From positions 496,001 to 554,298 of the forward strand of contig JAXLNO010005863.1 of the NCBI GenBank assembly GCA_038087875.1: a DNA stretch of 58,298 bases, written 5' to 3'. Positions 40,565 to 50,788 of the stretch are shown piece after piece. The position numbers were made by a program, and so were the translations under genes. Under the pieces are notes generated by a model. The model was given only the letters and a program-made list of their open reading frames with translations, had not been told where the DNA came from and made no database searches. Every line of letters starts with the position of its first letter. The stretch's first letter is position 1. Origin of the DNA: Malacoraja senta. Lineage: Eukaryota.

Positions 40565-41890
40565 TAACATACTGTTCATGCAAGAAAACAAACTGTGAGA
40601 AATCAAGTACAGGGAAGGAAGATGCTCATGTCAACAGCATGGTGAGCCATGTACAGATTTATGTCAGTATGTTGACTGCAGAAACTCTATTACTGCAAAA
40701 GACTTGGAATCTGATGAAGAATATTCAGATGAAGATCAGATGTATTGTAAACAAATAAATTGGGGAAATAAATGATTATATAAAGTTTTATTTTAATGTC
40801 GATCGTTTCACTGTTTATTTGATCAAATTATTTAAACAATGAGTGAATATCTTATGATAATGGCGTGCTGGTGAATGACCCACCCACCCATCCACACATA
40901 CATACATACACACACATACGCACACACACATCCATCCGTACGCACACTTCCATGCATGCACACACACAAACATGCACACATACATCCACGCATCCACACA
41001 CACATCCGCACACACACACACATCCACATCCATCCGCACGCAGACATACCTGCACACATCCATCCACACATATACATCCACACACACACACACATCCACA
41101 CATACATCCACACATACTTCCACACATTTACATCCACACATCTACAGCTACACGTTTGACAGGTATACACAGACACACACACACACAAACTACAGAACTA
41201 CAGATACTCAAACAATGCAACCCTTTTAGGGTTCTTTTAGGTTAAAGCTAATAGCCCTCATTTGCAAAGGCACCATGGTGGGGAGGGGGGGGGGGTCCTC
41301 TAACATAAATATAGGCTCATTGTAGCATAAAAAGAATACTCATCGAGTAAACATCAGAGCATTCGATTCTTGGTCAGGATGTGACATTTACATCAGAAAT
41401 AAGACAGGTCTCTTACAGGACTGTCCCCCAGCCTGGCACTGCCCCAGTCCCACTATGGCCATGACCCCCACTATCCCCACTATGGCAGTCAGTGGGGTTT
41501 AGTAAATGGGGGATCCCAGAGGATCTGTCCTGACCCTTTAATTAGGCAGGTTCATGAGCCCTTAAAACCTGGGACCTCTGCGGCAGTCTCATTCATTTTC
41601 CTATTAAAGCGACTGGAAGATGCCTTGCAGGTCTGTCCCCCAGTCTGGCGCTGCCCCAGACCCACTATGGCCATGACCCCCACTCTGCACACTGGCAGTC
41701 AGTGGGGTTCAGTAAAGGGAGGAATCCACAAGAACTGCCCTCACCCATTAATTAGGCTGGTTCAGGAGCCAGACCTCTGGAGCAGTCTCATTCAAAAAAC
41801 ACTCACAATTATATTCATTATATTATTATTATATAATATAATTATACTTAATTATATATGATTACAGTCATATTTACGTCATATATATAT
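40565..41890 (+). mobile_element. 3' end of a Cys-rich (CXC-like) transposase remnant plus 3' region; left arm of the palindrome
   Basis: LTYCSCKKTNCEK, then after a frameshift CSCQQHGEPCTDLCQYVDCRN...ESDEEYSDEDQM. Inverted homology to 42195-43117. Confidence 0.6.
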
Positions 41891-43666
41891 GACGAGTTAT
41901 AACTGACGAGTTATGACTTCCTTCTCAATGTAGGCTGTGGGCCGAGCATCAAAAATGTGTCTGGAAATCAGTTTCCGTGACCCGTCACCAAACTACATGA
42001 AATTTTCCATAGATTTAGATGAAATATAAGTGAGAACGATGTTATAACTCGTCATTGCCAAAAGCTGCACATTAATTAATTAAACTAATTAGAAAATGAG
42101 ATCGGGAAAATAAACGCCATCTAGTGGCCAATGCCCATATTACACCATGGGCAGCCTATTTCCGTGTTGCAGTCCATTTAAACTATATATTATACATATA
42201 TATATATATAAAACTTGTAAATATGACTGTAATCATATATAATTAAATATAATTATATTATGTAAAAATAATATGATGAATATAATTGTGAGTGTTTTTT
42301 TAATGGCACTGTCGCAGAGGTCCTGCTCCTGAACCTGCCTAATTAAATGGTCAGGACAGATCCTCTGGGTTCCCCCATTTACTGAAACCCGCTGACTACC
42401 ATAGTGGGGAGAGTGGGGGTAACAGCCATAGTGGGACTGGGGCAGTGCCAGGCTGGGGGACAGTCCTGTAAGAGATCTGTCTTATTTCTGATGTTAATGT
42501 CACATCCTGGCCAAGAATCGAATGCTCTGATGTTTACTCGATGAGTATTAATTTAAAGCTACAATGAGCTTATATTTATGTTAGAGACCCCCCCCCCCCG
42601 ATGGTGCCTTTGCAAATGAGGGCTATTACCTTTAACCTAAAAGAACCCTAAACATGTTGCATTGTTTATCTCTAGTTTGTGTGTGTGTCTGTGTATACCT
42701 TTCAAACGTGTATCTGTGGATGTGTGTATGTACGTGTGGATGGATGTATGTGTGCATGTATGTGTGGACGTGTACATATATGTCTACGTGTGAATGGATG
42801 TGTGGATGTGTGTGTATGCGGATTTATGTGTGCATGTATGTGTGTGTTTGCATGCATGGAAGTGTGCGTACGGATGGATGTGTGTGTGGATGTGTGAATG
42901 TATGTATGTCTGTGTGGATCGGTGGGTGGAATGTCGCAGTCATTCACCAGCACGCCATTATCATAAGTAATTCACTCATTGTTTAAATAATTTGACCAAA
43001 TAAACAGTGAAACGATCGACATTAAAATAATCATTTATTTCCCCAATTTATTTTGTTTACATTACATCTGATCTTCATCTGAATATTCTTCATCAGATTC
43101 AAAGTATTTTGCGATAGTTCAAGTTCAAGTGGAGGGTCAGGCAGAGGCTACAGAAAAAAAATCTCATAGTCATTAAGTCTGCATGGACTTCAATTCATAA
43201 AATTTCAACCTCTTCTTAATGTTAATGAGAATAACAATAGGTTACTACCATAGAAAAATTAGTTCAAGTTCACATACACCAATTCATTTCTACAGAAACA
43301 TCAACCATTTCTGACCATTTCTCACTCCAATAGAAGCCTATAAAGTGCGATAAATATCCCTCCGTTTTTCTCCCGTGGTCGGGGCCTGGAAATTGGCTGC
43401 TGCGGACGGCACTATGTACAGCCTCCCCACCGCGGAAATGATCCAAACACACCCCGCGGCTCCGCGTTCGCGAATCGGCCACTTCTTAATTGAGACTGCG
43501 GCTTCACTATATCAAGTACCTAGGCCCCGCGGTCAGAGCACTTTTTCCCGGTAAGTTATCGCAGGCAGCTCCAAGATTAGATGTTAAAGACTTATTAGAC
43601 TACAACAAGCTGGCATTAGTGAAAATGTGTAATTTACTGTGTTATGGATACACATAGTTTAGGCCC

Positions 43667-43835
43667 NNNNNNNNNNNNNNNNNNNNNNNNNNNNNNNNNN
43701 NNNNNNNNNNNNNNNNNNNNNNNNNNNNNNNNNNNNNNNNNNNNNNNNNNNNNNNNNNNNNNNNNNNNNNNNNNNNNNNNNNNNNNNNNNNNNNNNNNNN
43801 NNNNNNNNNNNNNNNNNNNNNNNNNNNNNNNNNNN
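43667..43835. other. Assembly gap
   Basis: Run of N. Confidence 1.
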
Positions 43836-43888
43836 CTAATTTTTTCACATTATAAAAGGGTGCAATTAAATTAATTAAAGTCCATACA

Positions 43889-44404
43889 TGTGAGGAAGGG
43901 GTTAATAGGTATAGTTGATTTGAACTAAGCAGCACGAACACCTGACAATACACAGATAGATAATAGCCGTGAGTACAAATGGTGACATTTCAAGGATGGG
44001 AAAAAGGAGATAGCGACAACCCAGCAAAGAACTAGGGTAAGGGTCATGAGCAACTCTCTGTGCGCATGGGCAATGAACTTACATTAATATGTACACACGC
44101 CCATCATGACAAGTTGTCTCATTTAAATGCACATGCGATGTATGATCTGGGAGGTACCCTGGGCGTTGCGGGGCGTTACGGTTAGATTGTGCACCTCAGT
44201 GCTCTGATTGGAAGGAGCCCGAAGGGGAGGAATTAAAGGTGCAAACCACTGTAAAATGGTGTGAATTAAACAGAGTGACTTTCCTGGTCTCGGTGTGTCT
44301 TGATAGGGGAGACACCCGACTCTGCAGACTTGCTAATAAATAAACTTGTTTCTCTAAATTCTCTAGCATCGTGATTGTGAGCAATCAGTTTTTTGCACCT
44401 CACA
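43889..44404 (+). repeat. 5' LTR
   Basis: TG...CA termini and a polyA signal AATAAA at about 44335-44345. Roughly 97% identical to the 3' LTR by manual comparison. Confidence 0.95.
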
Positions 44405-44406
44405 GA

Positions 44407-44425
44407 TGGGGGCTCGTCTCGGGAT
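44407..44425 (+). promoter_or_regulatory. Primer binding site, tRNA-Pro
   Basis: TGGGGGCTCGTCTCGGGAT versus the canonical Pro PBS TGGGGGCTCGTCCGGGAT (one extra base). Confidence 0.85.
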
Positions 44426-44699
44426 TGCCACTCCGGCCAGCTGGCGGCGGTATACGGGAGAAGGGACGGTGCACCCCGCTGATTCAGCGGCCCTAGACCC
44501 CTTGCTTGCCGTCAGCGGTTTGAGCGAGTGATATCCCAGACCAGAGATTAGAGAAAAAAGTGGGAGTAGTTGGAAATCGCGAGGAGACAAATCGAGTGAT
44601 TCTTGTGCACAAGACCAGGGTAAGAAAACTGACTATTAAGTACTACTCGGGCGATTAAATAGATCGCGGGGAAATTCCGATCGGGAGGATGGTCAATGA

Positions 44700-44920
44700 A
44701 AACGGAAAGCCCAAAAGGGAGGGGAAGGGCGGTAAGCCCGACCCCCGCATTCTGCCTAATAGTCCGTTGGGGCGAATGCTGAGCCTCTGGGGGCAGAGAA
44801 ATACCCAGGGATTGGAGAAGACAAAAATGATTTGATTCTGTTATTTTGAGTTTTAATACATATAAAAGATGTTGCATTTATTTGAAGTAAGAATGGAACG
44901 AATGTGATTTGTGTGTAAAA
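44700..44920 (+). pseudogene. gag: gag matrix-region remnant
   Basis: Translation RILPNSPLGRMLSLWGQRNTQGLEKTKMI*FC, resembling class I ERV matrix N-termini. Confidence 0.6.
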
Positions 44921-46974
44921 ACCGGTTTGGAACGAAAGAGGAAGTTTATATATGTGATAATTATTTTGTTTATTCTATTTGTAGACCACATTGTAAGAGT
45001 AAGTAAGTAAGTAAGTTTTATTAGAATCAAAAATGTCCACTGTAGGTAGGTGTATGTTCCTTTAAATAAATCAGGTCATGGTGAAAGGCGACGAACAGCT
45101 GTAAGATAACGATTAATTGTTTGTATCTTCGTAACCTAGAAGGGGAAATTGTAAAATCAGCTTTTGGTTTTTCTGATGTTCTTTTAGATTTCTAGTCAGT
45201 AAAGATCATTTGGAAAATTGTTACTAGTGCTAGGAATTGGACATTTAAAATAGTGGTGAATATGGATTGAAATAATTGGAAATAAGTTAATTGGTAAACA
45301 TTCAAGTTTAGAAAGAAAGGAGAGAGAGGCAGTTAGAAGATAACAGAAGTAGAAAAACGACAGGCGTGAAAGTAATAAAGCAGGAGGAGTCAGTGGAAGA
45401 TTTAAAAAAGAAAGGTGAATGAATTTGCAAGGAGGCTAGAATATTTGAGAAACAAGAAATTGAGTTTAGAATAAGAAAGAAGGCATACCAGAAAGGATTA
45501 AAGTTGGAAGCATTGGGATAAAGTGATGAGACTGCTTTAAAGAGAAAAGAGAAGGACAGACACAGATTATCCCTTGGGGCACCCATAAACTGAGAGGGCT
45601 AAAAAAAGGATTAGGGCTTTGGAGGAGGAGAACGTGGGACGATTATTGATCATGGAAGATTTGAAGGCACTGTTGGTAAAAGTGATGGGAACCACTAAAG
45701 TGACAGAACTACTGAAGATGGATGGTATAAACTGATGCGAACAATGTAACAAGCAATGGCATACTGTTTGACACAGTCGGGCAGAGGGTATGGCAGGCCC
45801 TCAGACAATGTTACTCACTTAAGAGGAACCCCAAGGAACAAAGGGGAGATACACAAGGAAAGGCAAATAGCCTATCTGGAAAACCAGCTGAAAGGTGGAG
45901 AGTTTATTGATGAACATTATATTATGAACTACTGTGGTGGATGTCATTCTTCTTAAAGTCAAGCAGATTCAGCGAACAGTTGGTCTCTGCGGTCGAGAAA
46001 TATCACAAAGATAGGAAAAAGACTTGCAAACCAGCATGAGGAGCTGTTGTCAATAAACAATGGATCTAAGTGAATCCTATGACAGAACCAAGCAGGGCCA
46101 GAAAATTACATGCCAATAATGAATGTCTTTGGGGAACGTTTCCTCAAAAAGTCCTATCAGGAATGAAATTAATCTGGATATAAGCCCTAACAGGACTGGG
46201 GTCCCCAAGAGAGAAAGGGATTTAAAGGAGGATTTGTTGGTATTGTTCCATAAGTGAAAAGCGATGTAAGAGAGAGAGAGAGATTTAAAATATATATATA
46301 TATACTTCAGAATGTAGGACAGAGGATGATAACCTTGGGAAAAGGCAGGATATAGTACAGACTAGATTAGGTATAAGCCCTGTAGTGTCGTCTATGATGA
46401 ATAAGGTAATTAAGAGGTTTGGTAGACCTACAGAAATCAGCTTTGACAACGGATTGTTTTCATTTAGGGAGTAGCTAAATTAGCGATAGAGACCCTTAGA
46501 GTAAAATACACATTTGGGTATGTAACACCTGCAGTCACAGGCATGGTGGAAATAATAAATGGAACATTGAAGGTTAATATAAATAGACTTGAAGAGATGT
46601 TGCATGCAAACTAACCGAGCAGGTGGCACAATGGAGAGGTCCCTACAAGAGACAGAGTTTGGAACAGTTAAAGATAGAATTTAAAAAGTATATGAAACAG
46701 TTAATTATGATATACAAGTCTATTTATGAACAGGAAAAGTAAAAGCTGTTGGAGGTGGACCAGGGGGAAGGACCCTTTAAACCTGAAGACAAGGTATATG
46801 TATGAGTTTTCTAAACTACCGACCGATGTTCAGGTAGAAGGTTGATATACCTAGTACCATTTCAATAATTACATGAGGGCTGTCCCGCAGGTATGAATAG
46901 ATAATAGCCCTGAGGTAAGTGAAGAGGAGGACAAAGATGTGAGAAAAGAGTAGAGTTTTAACAAGAACGTTGTT

Positions 46975-47930
46975 TGACATCAGTGGTGGGCAAAATAATG
47001 GAAAGGATACTTAAGACAATATATAAGAATTTGGATCAATAGGGTAAGATTAGGAAGAATTAGCATGGATTTGTGATTGTGATGTTTGACTAATCTTGAA
47101 TTTTTTGAAAAGGTTATTAGGGAAATTGATGAGGGTAAAGTGGTGGAGGATGTTGTCTAGATGAACTTCAGTAAGGCCTTTGACAAGGTTCAATAAGGAA
47201 ATAAGGTTGGTTAAGAAGGGTTAGTAAGGAATAGCAAGATGGATTAAAAAGTGGCTGTATGGGAGATGTCAGAGAGCAATGGTGGATGGATGTTTGTCAG
47301 GTTGGAGGTCAGTGACTAGAGGGGTACCTCAGGTATGTGTGTTGGGTCCACTGTTGTTTGTCATGTGAATCAATAATCTGGATGTTGGTGTGGTAAAATA
47401 GATTAATAAGTATGTAGATGACACTAAGATAGGTGGTGTTGTGAATAATGAAGTAGATTTTAAAAGTGTACAGAGAGATTGAGATCATTTGGAAGAGTGG
47501 GTTGAAACATGACAGATAGGTTTAATGTTGATAAGTGTGAGATGATACATCTTGGTAGGACAAATCAAAATTGAACGTACATGGTAAATGATTGTGAATT
47601 GAGGAATGAAGTTGAACAGAGGGATCTAGGAATAACTGTGCATAGTTCCCTGAAGCTGGAATCTCATGAAGATAGGATGGTAAAGAAAGATTTTGGTGTG
47701 TTGGCCTTTATAAATCAGAGCATTGTGTATAGAAGTCGGGTTGTAATGTTAAATTGTACAAGGTATTAGTGAGGTCAATTGTGGAGTATGGTGTATAATT
47801 TTGGTAGGCATAATTATAGGAAAAAGGTCAACAAAATAGAGAGGATACAGAGGAGATCAATTAGAATTTTGACTGGGTTTCAGCAACTAAGACACAGAGA
47901 AAGGTTGAACAAGTTAGGTCTTTATTATTT
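46975..47930 (+). mobile_element. Heavily mutated CR1 RT fragment inside the provirus
   Basis: Residual motifs AGCATGGATTTGTG, AAGGCCTTTGACAAGGTT, GGGGTACCTCAGG and GTAGATGACACTAAG. Confidence 0.85.
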
Positions 47931-48324
47931 AGGAAAGATAGAAGGAGTCCCAACAATGCAAGGGAATGATGTGTTCCTGAGGAACTATTTACTGTCAGTG
48001 TCCCAATCTCTTGCAGAACTAAAAATTAAAGGATTGCTGGCCCAAAGCCCACCACTGGACTTCCCGATTCACTCAGTCAAGGCTGGAGACTGGGTATTAA
48101 TAAAAACGTGGAAAGATGAAAAGCTGCAACCTAAGTGGACTGGACCCTACCTGGTGTTACTAATCACCGAGACGGCAGTACGAACAAAAAAGAAAGGGTG
48201 GACATATGCAAGTCGAGTTAAGGGTCCTGTGGATGCCCCACCAGACAATATCAGCCCGTGGACTGTGCGCAAAGGAGAGGAACCATTGACTTTAATATTT
48301 ACCAAGAACCCGTGGGAAAAATGA
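47931..48324 (+). pseudogene. pol: pol integrase C-terminal fragment (GPY/F)
   Basis: Translation LKIKGLLAQSPPLDFPIHSVKAGDWVLIKTWK...WTGPYLVLLITETAVRT...SRVKGP. The stop overlaps the env ATG (ATGA). Confidence 0.9.
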
Positions 48325-50226
48325 AGATTTTGTGTTGGTGGGTCGTGTGTTGGGTGGTTACCCAACTCGTGAGTAATATAACATGCATAAAAATCACAAT
48401 ACCACAGAATAGAAGGTTCACCACCATCCCATTTGATGTATGTAAAGGAAAATGGTGGTGTGGCTATAGAATGTATGTATGCACCCATCCCTGTAAAGAT
48501 TGGCATGCGGTGTTTATTTAATCAAAATATGGGTGGCATCGAACCACCTATCAAACTGATAGGTGGAAAGTATATCAAAACCCGAACGAGGGATTGCCAG
48601 GACGCATATATGTGAGCATACAGAGTGTTCAAATGCAGGAAAGTGGTAGGTATTGGATATGTGCAGATAGAACAGGGAAGGACGCATGCCTGAGGTTTGA
48701 GATAAAAGTGAAGCGGGACGGGAATATGGTGAAATATGAGGATGGGAGGGAAAGGTTCCAGATAGATGACAGTCAGAGTAGGGATCCCTGGGCAACACCA
48801 GCATCACCGGTAGTCAGAAATGTCACCACGGAATATGAGCCTAAGGATTTGAAGATAATGATAGTAGCAGGAGAAACAGAATTAAGGCAATTATATGAGG
48901 AGGGAATACCTACAGGAGGAAAGGGAGCCAATACCTGGCTTGCCTGGATGATGTACACAGCCAGGAGTATGCAACACACCAATTGCTACGCCTGCGCCGG
49001 AGCTAAGCCCCAGCTGGTTCCAGTACCATTTCCCTTGAATTGGGATAGGACACCTGGGGCTATGTCATGTATACTACAGCTTTTCACGAATCCCATCCTA
49101 CCAAAGGATGCGACCTGCCAGAGTTATCATTACCTATTCCCGGCTAGCAACAACAATACAAAGGGCCGAAGGACAGACCCTCGACCTCCTCCATTTACCA
49201 CTCCCCTTGGGGAGGAGGGATTTGAGTGTTATACCAGATATAACCCAGATGGACAGGAAATGGGGGAGGTGCTCAACTGCAATCAGACGTACAACATAAC
49301 GGCTGAGGAACAGGGGCCTCTGTTCAAAAGCTCCTGGCTGAGAAAGCAGATAGTCAGTAGAGCTGATGTCTGGTGGTGGTGCGGGGAGAATACCCTGTGG
49401 CCCCGGTTACCGGGGTCATGGACGGGAACCTGTACCCTCACACAATTGATGATGCCCTTCACCATAGCAGTAGAACATGCTGTAGAACTCATTAAGGAAG
49501 CCGACGACAAAAGAGAGGGGTGAAAGGATCATTCGACACACACATATATATATAGATGCGATAGGGGTGCCAAGAGGGGTACCCGATGAATTCAAAGCCA
49601 GAAACTAGATAGCTGCGGGCTTTGAGTCCATACTCTTCTGGTGGTCCACAATTAATAAAAATGTGGACTGGATCAACTACCTATACTACAATCAACAACG
49701 CTTTATAAATTACACTCGAGATGCGGTTGAAGGATTAGCGGAACAACTGACAGATACCAGCCTAATGGCCTGGCAAAATCGCATGGCCTTAGACATGCTA
49801 CTGGCTGAGAAAGGAGGGGTGTGTGTAATGTTTGGGGAACAATGTTGCACCTTCATCCCCAACAACACTGCTCCTGATGGGTCAGTATCGAGAGCCCTAG
49901 CAGGTCTCACCTCCCTGTCTATCGAATTGGCCGAGAACTCCGGAGTAGACACCTCCTGGACCGGGTTTCTAGACTCCTGGTTTGAGAAATGGAAGCACAT
50001 CTTTACATCAGCCCTAACATCAGTGGTAGTTATGATGGGGTTGCTGTGTCTATTTGGATGTTGTATCATTCCCTGTGTACGGGGGTTGTCTCAGCGATTG
50101 ATAGAGACAGCCCTGACCAAGAATGACGCTGCCATGATGGCCTTTAGAACACAGTATGACCAGCGAGAGGAAGATAGGGAAGCGAGGATTCTGCTGTTAG
50201 CATTAGAAAAGGAGGAGATAGTATAA
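48321..50226 (+). pseudogene. env: env with signal peptide, V-set-like N-terminus, SU and TM; 2 stops and 2 frameshifts
   Basis: Stops at 48519-48521 and 49606-49608; frameshifts at about 49500 and 49553. Furin site RRQKR (49502-49516), IDAIGVPRGVPDEFKARN, immunosuppressive-domain-like WQNRMALDMLLA, CX6CC (CVMFGEQCC) and a hydrophobic anchor. Confidence 0.92.
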
Positions 50227-50261
50227 ATCAAAGGTTGCGTAGCAAAATTAAAAGTGTGGAT

Positions 50262-50788
50262 TCTGAGGAAGGGGTTAATAGATATAGTTGATTTAAACTA
50301 AGCAGCACGAACACCCGACAATACACAGATAGATAATAGCTGTGAGTACAAATGGTGACATTTCAAGGATGGGCAAAAAGGAGATAGCGACAACCCAGCA
50401 AAGAACTAGGGTAAGGGTCATGAGCAACTCTCTGTGCGCATGGGCAATGAACTTACATGAATATATACACACGCCCATCATGACAAGATGTCTCATTTAA
50501 ATGCACATGTGATGTATGATCTGGGAGGTACCCTGGGCATTGCGGGGCGTTACGGGGCGTTACGGTTAGATTGTGCACCTCAGTGCTCTGATTGGAAGGA
50601 GCCCGAAGGGGAGGAATTAAAGGTGTAAACCATTGTAAAATGGTGTGAATAAAAGAGAGTGACTTTCCTGGTCTCGGTGTGTCTTGATAGGGGAGACACC
50701 CGACTCTGCAGACTTGCTAATAAATAAACTTGTTTCTCTAAAATCTCTAGCATCGTGATTGTGAGCAATCAGTCTTTTGCACCTCACA
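50262..50788 (+). repeat. 3' LTR
   Basis: Matches the 5' LTR, with a first dinucleotide TC and one extra GGGCGTTACG unit. Preceded by a degenerate polypurine tract. Confidence 0.95.

Larger units (their letters stand above)
43889..50788 (+). mobile_element. Endogenous retrovirus (class I, gamma/epsilon-like), defective
   Basis: Two LTRs, ATACA 5-bp TSD (43884-43888 and 50789-50793), PBS, gag start, integrase C-terminus and env. Confidence 0.95.

Noticed and set aside
40815-42986. His/Thr-rich and Cys/Val-rich ORFs
   Set aside because: They are CA/GT microsatellite translations in the palindrome arms.
44820-47930. Classical APOBEC3-type retroviral editing
   Set aside because: That gives G>A on the proviral plus strand, whereas here C is lost and C>A changes also occur.
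47779-47930. N-terminal part of the 181-aa ORF as genuine pol
   Set aside because: It is CR1-derived sequence that happens to be in frame with the IN fragment.
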